From assembly GCA_021826685.1 (NCBI GenBank), contig JAKAYT010000005.1, forward strand, positions 1,068 to 61,731: a stretch of 60,664 bases of DNA, given 5' to 3'. The stretch's first letter is position 1, and each line of letters begins with the position of its first letter. Origin of the DNA: Thermoplasmata archaeon (GTDB taxonomy: Archaea; Thermoplasmatota; Thermoplasmata; Lutacidiplasmatales; UBA184). Positions 37,376-46,252 of the stretch are shown in pieces. Under the pieces are notes generated by a model, which saw only the letters and a program-made list of their open reading frames with translations, was not told where the DNA came from and made no database searches. A program made the position numbers and the translations under genes.

Positions 37376-38320
37376 CTAGGCTTCGGCGGCCCCGGGGCGG
37401 CGCGCCACGGGAGGTTGGGCCTCGCGTGCCTGGAGTAGCTCGTTCGGAGGCAGCTGGCGCACGTCGATGCCGTGCATCGGGGCTCCGAGTCCCTCGGAGA
37501 CCCGTGCGAGAACTTCGGGTTGATCGTAATGCAGCGACGCCTCCACCACGGCCCGAGCGATCTTGGCGGGCTGCTCGGACTTGAAGATGCCACTGCCGAC
37601 GAAGATCCCATCGACCCCGAGCAAGCGGCAGAGCGCCGCGTCCGCAGGCGTCGCGATTCCGCCGGCGGCGAAGTTGACCACGGGAAGGCGTCCGAGCCGG
37701 CGGACCTCCTCGACGGTCGCGACGGCCACGCGCTCGCGCTTCGCCCACCGTGCCAGGGAGGCCCGACTCATCTTCCGGACTTGGGCGACCTCCTGGTTGA
37801 CCTGGCGTATGTGACGGACGGCTTCGATGACGTTACCGGTGCCCGCCTCGCCTTTCGTCCGGATCATCGCAGCTCCCTCGTCGATGCGACGGAGTGCTTC
37901 GCCCAGGTTGCGGCAACCGCACACGAACGGGATGGTGAACGCGTGCTTGTCCACATGATAGAACGGGTCGGCCGGGGTGAGAACCTCGGATTCATCGATC
38001 ATGTCGACGGCGAGCGCTTCGAGGATGCGAGCCTCGGCCGTGTGACCAATCCGGCACTTCGCCATCACGGGGATCGAAACCTGGTTCTGGATCTCGCGGA
38101 TCTTCGCGGGGTCGGCCATGCGCGCCACTCCGCCCTCCGCGCGGATGTCGGACGGAACCCTCTCGAGCGCCATGACCGCGACCGCGCCCGCCTCTTCGGC
38201 AATGCGGGCCTGCTGGGCGTTCGTGACGTCCATGATTACCCCGCCCTGCTGCATCCGCGCGAACCCGCGCTTGAGTCGCTCGCTCCCAAGGCGGAGCCCT
38301 GCAATCGACGGCTGGCCCAT
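37376..38320 (-). CDS. pdxS: PLP synthase lyase subunit
   Basis: [68 protein letters not shown]. Confidence 0.97.
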   Translation of the reverse strand: MGQPSIAGLRLGSERLKRGFARMQQGGVIMDVTNAQQARIAEEAGAVAVMALERVPSDIRAEGGVARMADPAKIREIQNQVSIPVMAKCRIGHTAEARILEALAVDMIDESEVLTPADPFYHVDKHAFTIPFVCGCRNLGEALRRIDEGAAMIRTKGEAGTGNVIEAVRHIRQVNQEVAQVRKMSRASLARWAKRERVAVATVEEVRRLGRLPVVNFAAGGIATPADAALCRLLGVDGIFVGSGIFKSEQPAKIARAVVEASLHYDQPEVLARVSEGLGAPMHGIDVRQLPPNELLQAREAQPPVARRPGAAEA

Positions 38321-38469
38321 TTTCAGCGCCCGAGAGCTAGCGAGCGATGGGGCGTATAAGAGCGCATCCGAGCGGGAGACTGGCTCCGCTAAGTTCGGTG
38401 CGGGACGGCCGAGAACTCCGCCGGGAGGGCTACCCCGCAAGCTCAAATGCCCGCTCTCGGTGACTGAAT

Positions 38470-38561
38470 CGGTAGGGGGAGCTGTGAACCGGCTGAGAGG
38501 ACGGGCGTCGCCCGTCGACCCCTGGAACCTGCACGGGGTAATGCCCGCGAAGGGAACGCTA
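38470..38561 (+). promoter_or_regulatory. TPP (THI-box) riboswitch
   Basis: GGGGAGC...GCTGAGA...ACCCC..GAACCTG..CGGG-GTAATG-CCCG-CGAAGGGAA, directly upstream of a thiamine ABC transporter. Confidence 0.9.
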
Positions 38562-38604
38562 TGCACGGGCTAAGACGACTCTCCGCCGGTTCCCGGCGGG
38601 GCGA

Positions 38605-39789
38605 GTGACGTCCGGCACGACCCCGCCTCTTCGTCGGGCGCGATTGCGCCGTCCCGGTCGATTGGGAACTGCTCTGATCGCGGTCGCCATCGCGCTGGTC
38701 GTTATCGTCGCGAGCCTCGCACTCTATTACTCCTACGCGGGGGGCTGCGCGGGCACAGGGGCGAGCGGAAACCCGGGCGAACCGACGATCACGATCTACA
38801 CGTACTCGAGTCTGCTCGGCGGGCCGTGCTGCACCAGCGGGACTCCGGCGGCCGGAGTGTTCTCGAACTTCTCGAGCGAGTACCACGCCCGAGTCCAGGT
38901 CGACTGCCAGAGCGGGAACCTCGTCAGTACCCTGTACGAACAGCGGAACAATCCTGCCGCGGACCTTGTGATCGGCCTCGATGAAATCACCGCGCCGCAG
39001 GCCGAGGCGCTCGGCCTTCTCCAACCGTACAGCGACCCGGCCGACCTCGCGCACATCAACTCCTCTCTGGTCGCGGCCATCTCCACGGACGGGGAAGTCA
39101 TCCCGTATGAGTATGGGTACCTCGCGATCGACTATACGAACGCGTTCTACAACGCCACGGGCGGCGCGGTCGCGAACTCCACGTTCGCCGACTTCGCCGC
39201 GAACGCATCGTGGGCGCGCCAGCTCGTCTACGAGGATCCCACGACCTCGATCACCGGAGAGGAGTTCCTGGCCTGGGAGGTGCTCTACTACGAGTCCGTC
39301 CTCCACGAGAACTGGACAACGTTCTGGTCGAAGGTCCTTCCCTACGCCACCGCCGCCCCGGACTGGAATACGGCGTTCGGTGAGTTCGGGGCCCCCTACT
39401 CCATGGTCGTGAGCTATACCACCGACCCGGCCTACGCGACCTACTACGGCCAGGGAGGCACGTTCAACTCGACCGTCACGAGCGATAACGGGACGCTCTA
39501 CGGCTGGAAGACGATCTACGGGATCGGGATCGTCAAGGGGTCGCGCCACGTCGCGCTGGACAACGAATTCATCCACTACTTCCTCAGCGGGAGCGTGCAG
39601 GGCCAGCTGCCGCTGACCGAGTGGGAGTACCCGGCCAACGAGACCGTGCCGCTGCCGCCCGTCTACGCACAGTCCGATCTGATCCCTCCGTCCTCGATCC
39701 ACGCGCTGAACTCCGCGCTGACGCCGAACGAACTCGCGACCAACATGACCGGGTGGCTGGCCACATGGGAATCGCTCGCGAGCGCGTAG
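38605..39789 (+). CDS. thiB: Thiamine ABC transporter substrate-binding protein
   Basis: N-terminal TM anchor, ITIYTYSS, ADLVIGLD, PYEYGYLAI.Y, DP.TS..G..FL, VVSYTTDPAY, F.LS..VQ..LP..EW.YP. Confidence 0.92.
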   Translation: MTSGTTPPLRRARLRRPGRLGTALIAVAIALVVIVASLALYYSYAGGCAGTGASGNPGEPTITIYTYSSLLGGPCCTSGTPAAGVFSNFSSEYHARVQVDCQSGNLVSTLYEQRNNPAADLVIGLDEITAPQAEALGLLQPYSDPADLAHINSSLVAAISTDGEVIPYEYGYLAIDYTNAFYNATGGAVANSTFADFAANASWARQLVYEDPTTSITGEEFLAWEVLYYESVLHENWTTFWSKVLPYATAAPDWNTAFGEFGAPYSMVVSYTTDPAYATYYGQGGTFNSTVTSDNGTLYGWKTIYGIGIVKGSRHVALDNEFIHYFLSGSVQGQLPLTEWEYPANETVPLPPVYAQSDLIPPSSIHALNSALTPNELATNMTGWLATWESLASA

Positions 39790-39800
39790 CGCGCCCGCGC

Positions 39801-41423
39801 TTGGGAGAAGCGGGCCTCCTGATCCCGATCCTCCTGTTCGTCCTCCTCTTCGCCTTGGTCCCGGTCGCTCTCCTGTTCGGGGGCGGGTGGGTCAACGGGG
39901 GTGGAGCGGTCGGTCTCTACGACACCGTGTGGCGTGAGGCGACCAACCGGGCGTCGCTGTACAACTCGCTGGAACAGGGCGCGCTGAGCGCTCTGGTCGC
40001 GTTCGGGGTCGGCTATCCCGCCGGGATATTCCTCGCCCGCTACGCCTTCCCCGGCCGGACCGCGGCCCGCAGCTTCCTGCTCCTTCCTTTCCTTCTCCCC
40101 ACCGTGGTCGTGGTCGTCGGGATCCTCGACCTCTTCGGACCCGGTGGGACCATCTCGAGCGCGGTCCCGACCCTCGCTTGGTTCGGGGAAGGAGTGCCCG
40201 GGATTGTGCTGGCCAACCTGGTCTTCAACGTGCCCCTCGTCGTGCTGTACACCGCGCTCGGCTGCGAGAGCGCCTCCGGCGACCTGGAAGAGACCTCCCG
40301 GACGCTCGGTGCATCTCCCGCCCGCGTCTACCGGGACGTCTGGGCCGGACCCTCGTTGATCGGCGCGGCCGTGGGCGTCGTGCTGACGTTCGTCTTCGCG
40401 GCCCTCGCGTTTGCCTCTCCCCTCATGATCTGCGGACCCCGATGCTACACCCTCGAGGCTCAGGTATACGCGCTCAGCTCGACGTTCCTCGAGCCTACGG
40501 CCGCGAGCCTGCTCGCGCTTGCGGCCGTGTTGATCCTGCTCGTGCCGATCGTCGTCTACGTCCTGCTCGCGAGCCGTCTGCGGGAACGGGGCTCTCGGGG
40601 CCCGATCCGCCCGCAGAAGCTCTCCCGCTCCGGTTGGATCGGCCCGGCGTTCGCGATCGAAGCTTCCCTGGTCTTCGCCGGGATCGCGATCGTTCTCTTC
40701 ACGGTCCTGGCGCGATCGCTCTGGCCGGCGCCCGGGGGCGCGTTCGGAGCGGGCTGGTCCGATCTTGTCTCGTCCCGGACCACGGCCACCTTGGGCATCC
40801 CGATCGGGAACGTGATCGTCAACACGTTCGGGTTCGCCGTCTTCGCCGCGGCGGCAACGTTCGTCCTCGTGCTGCTCGCGGCCTTCGCCCTGCGCCACCG
40901 GCCGCGGTGGGAGGGGAGCGTGAGCACCTACCTTTTCCTCCCACTGCTCGTATCCCCCGTCCTGCTCGCATTCAGTCTCGCCGAGTTCTGGCGCCCCCTC
41001 CTCGGAGGGGAGTCGACGGTCTGGGTACTGATTGGGGTCTCGCAAGCGATCCTCGCCCTGCCGTTCGCGCTGCAGAGCGTGCAGGTTCCTCTCTCGGGAC
41101 TCTCCACGGCACCTTCCGAGGCGGCCCAGAGCCTCGGCGCGAGCCGATGGACCGCGTTCTGGGACGCGGATATTCCCCGGATCCGCAACGGGATCGTGAC
41201 CGCGGGCCTCTTCGCGTTCGCCATCGGCCTCGGCGAGTTCACCGCGACCTACTTCCTCTACACGCCTCCGTTCACGACCCTGAGCGTCGCCGTCTACACC
41301 CTCCAGCGGGAGCGGTTCAGCGACGCGACCGCCGGGGCCGCCGCGCTCCTCCTGGTCGTGAGCCTGGCGGTGTTCGCGATCGTCCTAGGGATGGGAAGAT
41401 CCCGGGAGCGAGCGCATGCCTGA
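39801..41423 (+). CDS. thiP: Thiamine ABC transporter permease (start approximate)
   Basis: Two permease halves with LEETSRTLGAS and EAAQSLGAS (EAA loops). Confidence 0.9.
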   Translation: MGEAGLLIPILLFVLLFALVPVALLFGGGWVNGGGAVGLYDTVWREATNRASLYNSLEQGALSALVAFGVGYPAGIFLARYAFPGRTAARSFLLLPFLLPTVVVVVGILDLFGPGGTISSAVPTLAWFGEGVPGIVLANLVFNVPLVVLYTALGCESASGDLEETSRTLGASPARVYRDVWAGPSLIGAAVGVVLTFVFAALAFASPLMICGPRCYTLEAQVYALSSTFLEPTAASLLALAAVLILLVPIVVYVLLASRLRERGSRGPIRPQKLSRSGWIGPAFAIEASLVFAGIAIVLFTVLARSLWPAPGGAFGAGWSDLVSSRTTATLGIPIGNVIVNTFGFAVFAAAATFVLVLLAAFALRHRPRWEGSVSTYLFLPLLVSPVLLAFSLAEFWRPLLGGESTVWVLIGVSQAILALPFALQSVQVPLSGLSTAPSEAAQSLGASRWTAFWDADIPRIRNGIVTAGLFAFAIGLGEFTATYFLYTPPFTTLSVAVYTLQRERFSDATAGAAALLLVVSLAVFAIVLGMGRSRERAHA

Positions 41424-42381
41424 GGTCCTGTTGCGCATCGACCGGCTCGAGGCGGTCGTCGACCGGCTACCGGTCCTCCATGGGATCGATCTCGAGTTGG
41501 GCGAGGGGGAGTTCCTCGCCCTGATGGGTCCCAACGGTAGCGGCAAGACGACGCTGTTGCGCTGCATCGCCGGGCTCGAGTGGCCGTCGGCCGGGCGGAT
41601 CGTGCTCGCGGGCCGCGACGTCACCGATCTTCCCGCGAACCGCCGCGGCATCAGCCTGCTTCTTTCCGAGGCCGCGTTGTTCCCGAACCGCACGGTGCTC
41701 GAGAACGTGGCCTACGCCCCGCTCGTCCAACGCCGTTCGGAGGCCGAAGCGCGAGAGATCGCTGCGGAGGCGTTGGCCGCGGTTCGGCTGGAAGGGTTCG
41801 AGGGCCGACCGGGGTACGCGCTGAGCATGGGGGAGCGGCAGCGAGTCGCTCTTGCTCGAGCGATCGCCGCGCGCCCGCGCGTGATCCTTCTGGACGAACC
41901 CTTCGCTGCGATCGATCCCGAGGTTCGCGGGGAGCTCCGCGGCGACTTCCGCCGCGCGCTCGCCTCCCGCGGGATCAGCTCGATCCACGTCACGCACGAT
42001 CGGGAGGAGGGACTGTTCCTGGGGGACCGCGTAGCGGTGATGCTCGAGGGTCGGATTCGCTCGCTGGGGTCGCCGGCGGAGCTGCTCGCCGACCCGCGTT
42101 CGGCAGCGGTGGCGCGGTTCCTCGGCTTCAACGTCCTTCCCGAGGGAGGGGGGGTCGTGGCGGTCGACCCGGCGGACACCGAATTCGTCGATGCGGCTCC
42201 GGATCGGTTCTCCGCGCAGATGCTGGCGGCGGGGACCGTGGGACGAGAATCGGTCGGGATCGCCCGAGGAGAATCGGGAGAACGGATCGAGGCTCGGGCA
42301 GCGCTCGATCACCCCTGGCCGGCCGCGGGGTCGACCATTGGGGTCCGTTGGACGAGGACCCGGCGAGTAGCCTCGGAGTGA
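41416..42381 (+). CDS. thiQ: Thiamine ABC transporter ATPase
   Basis: GPNGSGKT, LSMGERQRVALAR, LLDEPF, HVTHD. Confidence 0.9.
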   Translation: MPEVLLRIDRLEAVVDRLPVLHGIDLELGEGEFLALMGPNGSGKTTLLRCIAGLEWPSAGRIVLAGRDVTDLPANRRGISLLLSEAALFPNRTVLENVAYAPLVQRRSEAEAREIAAEALAAVRLEGFEGRPGYALSMGERQRVALARAIAARPRVILLDEPFAAIDPEVRGELRGDFRRALASRGISSIHVTHDREEGLFLGDRVAVMLEGRIRSLGSPAELLADPRSAAVARFLGFNVLPEGGGVVAVDPADTEFVDAAPDRFSAQMLAAGTVGRESVGIARGESGERIEARAALDHPWPAAGSTIGVRWTRTRRVASE

Positions 42382-42819
42382 GCGGGCCGCCCCCACCCTC
42401 CCTCGGGTTCCCAGCGGGCCGCTGGGCCGCCGAGCGCTCCGGACCGCCTTACGAGGAAGGCAGGACCGACCGTCCCGTGCTCGCTGGTCCCTACGCCGAT
42501 GGCCTCCGACCCTCCCCGGAATCTCGGATCCCGCATCATCGGACGGAGATGCCCGATGGAAGTGACGGGGAAACCCTCCCGGGCTCAGCCTCTTCCGTAC
42601 CCGGTGGGTTCGATCGGCGCGGACGATCCAATCGGTCGACGGTCATCTCGTTACGAATCGGACCGAACCCGTACGGAGATCGACGGACCGGACCGACGCT
42701 CCAGGGTTCCTCGGGCGCGTGGGTGCGCCGGGGCTCACGTCCGGAGGGCCTTCTCGGGCCGACCGCGATCCCGAGAGCGTGCCCGCAGACCCCAAGAAGG
42801 TGCGGGGACTCTCCCGTTC

Positions 42820-45501
42820 ATGAGCCCCCTATCCGACCCCCTCCACGTCACCGAAAAGGTCGAGCTCGGTCGCGAGGACGCCACCGTCTACCGTCTGGAC
42901 CGCCTCCCGGGCATCGACCCTCTCAAGCTGCACGCCCGCCCGCTCACGGTCCGCATCCTCCTAGAGAATCTGCTCCGCCACTTCGATCCCCAGCGCACCG
43001 ACCCGGCGCTGGTGCGCGCGCTCGCGCAAGGGGAGCCGCTGCCGGAGAACGCCGAGATCCCGTTCTATCCCGGCCGCATCCTGCTCCAAGACTTCACCGG
43101 TATCCCGGTTCTGGTCGATCTCACGACCCTTCGCAGTGCCGCCCATCGGGCCGGTGTCGCGGCGACGAAGATCAATCCCGTCGTGCCGGTCGACCTGATC
43201 GTCGACCATTCGGTCCAGGTCGATAGCTACGGCTCGCTGCGCTCGCTCGCCACCAACCTCGACAAGGAGTACGAGCGGAACGGAGAGCGCTACCGATTCC
43301 TCCAGTGGGCGAAGGACGCCTACCAGAACCTGCGGATCGTGCCGCCCGGGAACGGCATCTGCCACCAGGTCAACCTCGAGTTCCTCGCCTCGGTCGTCGC
43401 CTCCGTCGCGTCGGACGGGGACCGGATCGCGTACCCGGACACGCTCCTCGGGACGGACTCGCACACCACGATGGTCAACGGCCTCTCCGTGCTGGGGTGG
43501 GGGGTCGGAGGGATCGAGGCCGAGGCAGTCATGCTCGGCGAGCCGTACTTCCTCGGCGAGCCCCGCGTGATCGGGGTGGAGCTCACCGGACGCCTTGCCC
43601 AGGGGATCACGGCCACCGATCTCGTCCTGACGATCACGCACCGGCTTCGCGAGAAGGGGGTCGTCGACATGTTCGTGGAGTTCTTCGGGCCTGGGGTCCG
43701 CGAGCTTTCGGTGCCGGACCGGGCCACGATTGCGAACATGTGTCCGGAGTTCGGGGCCACGGCGGCGATCTTCCCGATCGACGAGTCCACGACCAACTAC
43801 CTGCGCGGCACCGGCCGGGACGAGTCGCACATCCATACGGTCGAGACCTACGCGCGGTTGCAGGGGCTCTGGGGTACGCACACGAGGGGTCAGCTCGACT
43901 TCGATGACACGCTCACGATCGATCTCTCGAAGATCGTTCCGACGATCGCCGGACCGAAGAACCCGGCCGAGTCGGTGCCCCTTACCGAGGCGCCGCAGTC
44001 CTTCGGGAAGGCGCTTGCCTCCTACCGGCAGGGCCATCCGACGTCTCCCCCCGGTCCCGCGACGCCCCCGGTCCGCGATGGCGACGTCGTCATCGCGGCG
44101 ATCACAAGCTGCACGAACACCTCGAACCCATCGGTCATGATGGGTGCGGGCCTGATCGCGAAGAAGGCGGTCGAGCTCGGACTGAAGGTGCCGCCGTACG
44201 TCAAGACGAGCCTCGCGCCGGGCTCGAAGGTCGTGACCGCCTACCTGGAGCGGGCCGGACTGCTCGACCCTCTGGAGAAGCTCGGCTTCGACGTGGTCGG
44301 CTACGGCTGCACCACGTGCATCGGCAATTCCGGGCCGCTGCCCGACCCGATCGCGAAGGAGATCGTGACCCACGACACGTTCGTCGCGGCCGTTCTGAGC
44401 GGGAACCGCAACTTCGAAGCCCGCATCCACAACCTGGTCCGGGCGAACTACCTCGCGAGCCCGATGCTCGTCGTGGCCTACGCGCTCGCGGGACGGATGG
44501 ACGTCGACCTCACCCGGGAGCCGATCGCGCGGCGCGCCGACGGCTCGTCGGTCTACCTGAAAGATCTCTGGCCGACCGGGGAGGAGATCGCACGGCTCGT
44601 CGAGGCCGACCTCGATGCGGCGATGTTCCGCGCCAAGTATCGGGAGATCGAGGTCGGAGATGTCCATTGGGAGTCCCTCCATGCGCCGAAGAGCGAGATC
44701 TACCCGTGGGACCCCTCGTCGACGTACCTCGAGGAAGCGCCGTACCTGACGCTCGGGCCCCCGCTCTGGCCCCGGGATGGGGTCCTGACCGAGGGGGCCC
44801 GGGTCCTCGCGGTGTTCGGCGATCAGATCACGACCGACCACATCTCTCCCGCCGGCGAGATCCCCGAGAGCTCTCCCGCTGGCGCGTTCCTCAAGAGCCG
44901 CGGGATCGCGGTCGCCGAGTTCAACACGTACGGAACGCGCCGGGGCGACCACGACGTGATGATCCGCGGAACGTTCGCGAACGTTCGATTGAAGAACCAG
45001 CTCGTCGCCCCGAAGGAGGGCGGATACACGCGTCTGTTCCCGAGCGGCGAGACGACGACGATCTTCGAAGCGTCCGAACGCTATCACGCGACGAAGACCC
45101 CCCTCATCGTCCTCGCGGGAAAGAGCTACGGCCAGGGCAGCTCGCGAGACTGGGCCGCGAAGGGCCCGCGCCTTCTCGGGGTCGGCGCCATCATCGCGGA
45201 GTCCTACGAACGGATCCACCGCGCGAACCTAGTGGACATGGGGGTCCTGCCGCTCTCGTTCGTCGACGGAGGGGGCTGGGCCTCGCTCGGCCTGACCGGC
45301 GCGGAGACATTCGCCCTTAGGCTCGCGCGCGGGGCCGAGCTCGCTCCGGGAGCGCGCGTCCGGGTGACCGCGACGTCGCCGGACGGCCGAGAGCGAACGT
45401 TCGAGACCCGCTGCGAACTCCACTCCGCCATCGAGCTCGACTACTATCGGGCCGGCGGGATCCTGCCGTACGTGATGCGCGAACGCTTCCACGTCGGCTA
45501 A
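42820..45501 (+). CDS. acnA: Aconitate hydratase A
   Basis: LLQDFTG, DHSVQVD, GICHQVNLE, DSHTTM, ITSCTNTSNP, GYGCTTCIGNSG, TTDHISPAG, GSSRDWAAKG. Confidence 0.98.
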   Translation: MSPLSDPLHVTEKVELGREDATVYRLDRLPGIDPLKLHARPLTVRILLENLLRHFDPQRTDPALVRALAQGEPLPENAEIPFYPGRILLQDFTGIPVLVDLTTLRSAAHRAGVAATKINPVVPVDLIVDHSVQVDSYGSLRSLATNLDKEYERNGERYRFLQWAKDAYQNLRIVPPGNGICHQVNLEFLASVVASVASDGDRIAYPDTLLGTDSHTTMVNGLSVLGWGVGGIEAEAVMLGEPYFLGEPRVIGVELTGRLAQGITATDLVLTITHRLREKGVVDMFVEFFGPGVRELSVPDRATIANMCPEFGATAAIFPIDESTTNYLRGTGRDESHIHTVETYARLQGLWGTHTRGQLDFDDTLTIDLSKIVPTIAGPKNPAESVPLTEAPQSFGKALASYRQGHPTSPPGPATPPVRDGDVVIAAITSCTNTSNPSVMMGAGLIAKKAVELGLKVPPYVKTSLAPGSKVVTAYLERAGLLDPLEKLGFDVVGYGCTTCIGNSGPLPDPIAKEIVTHDTFVAAVLSGNRNFEARIHNLVRANYLASPMLVVAYALAGRMDVDLTREPIARRADGSSVYLKDLWPTGEEIARLVEADLDAAMFRAKYREIEVGDVHWESLHAPKSEIYPWDPSSTYLEEAPYLTLGPPLWPRDGVLTEGARVLAVFGDQITTDHISPAGEIPESSPAGAFLKSRGIAVAEFNTYGTRRGDHDVMIRGTFANVRLKNQLVAPKEGGYTRLFPSGETTTIFEASERYHATKTPLIVLAGKSYGQGSSRDWAAKGPRLLGVGAIIAESYERIHRANLVDMGVLPLSFVDGGGWASLGLTGAETFALRLARGAELAPGARVRVTATSPDGRERTFETRCELHSAIELDYYRAGGILPYVMRERFHVG

Positions 45502-45583
45502 GGGGCTTGCGGGACGAGCAACGCGATTCGGCACTCGACCCCCAACAAAGATAGCCTCGCACCCCGTGCCTTGGTTCGGTCCT

Positions 45584-46231
45584 ATGAAGGAGATCGAGTC
45601 GGTCATCCGCGCGCGCCACCTGTTGCGGCATCCGTTCTACGTCGCCTGGTCCTGCGGCGAGGTGGAGCGCTCGACCCTCCAGGAGTACGCGGGCCAGTAC
45701 TACCAGTTCGAGAGGAACTTCCCGCGCTACGTCGCGGGCGCCTACGCACGTCTGACGGACCCCGCAGCGCGACGGAGGCTCCTAGAGAACCTTCAGGACG
45801 AGGAGGGTAGGAATCCCACGCACCCCGAACTATGGCTGCGCTTCGCCGAGGCGATCGACGTCCCGCGCTCGCGCGTCCGCGCGGCGCGTCCAACGGCCGG
45901 CACGCAGCAGCTGCTCGCGAACTACGAATCGCTCGCGCTCGACGCGACCGCGCCCGAGGCGCTGGCCGCGCTCTACGCCTACGAATCGATCTTTCCCGAG
46001 GTCGCGGCGGAGAAGGCGCGCGGCCTCGCGACGCACTACGGCGTCCGCTCCCGTCGCGCGCTCGAGTTCTTCCGCGTCCACGCCGAGGCCGATGTGGCGC
46101 ACTCCGCGGCGGAACGGACCGTGCTGCGCACCGAGATCGCCCGCTCGAACGCGGCGCGTCGGGCGGCGCTTCGCGCGACCGAGCGCACGGTCGGGGCCTG
46201 GTGGCATTTCCTAGACGCGTTCGCCCGCTGA
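45584..46231 (+). CDS. CADD/CT610-family heme-oxygenase-like dimetal protein (putative pABA synthase)
   Basis: HLLRHPFYVAW, YAGQYY, FPRY, LLENL.DEE....H..LW, LYAYE......EK..GL, HAEAD..H. Confidence 0.85.
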   Translation: MKEIESVIRARHLLRHPFYVAWSCGEVERSTLQEYAGQYYQFERNFPRYVAGAYARLTDPAARRRLLENLQDEEGRNPTHPELWLRFAEAIDVPRSRVRAARPTAGTQQLLANYESLALDATAPEALAALYAYESIFPEVAAEKARGLATHYGVRSRRALEFFRVHAEADVAHSAAERTVLRTEIARSNAARRAALRATERTVGAWWHFLDAFAR

Positions 46232-46252
46232 GCCGGGGAACGGGACCCCCTC

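Noticed and set aside
42382-42819. Hairpins in the 438-bp spacer upstream of acnA as a regulatory RNA
   Set aside because: Only short 6-bp stems expected by chance at this GC content; no nested architecture or known motif.
45584-46231. TenA thiaminase II call, suggested by the nearby thiamine operon
   Set aside because: It lacks the TenA catalytic Cys pattern and matches the CADD ligand and substrate spacing instead.
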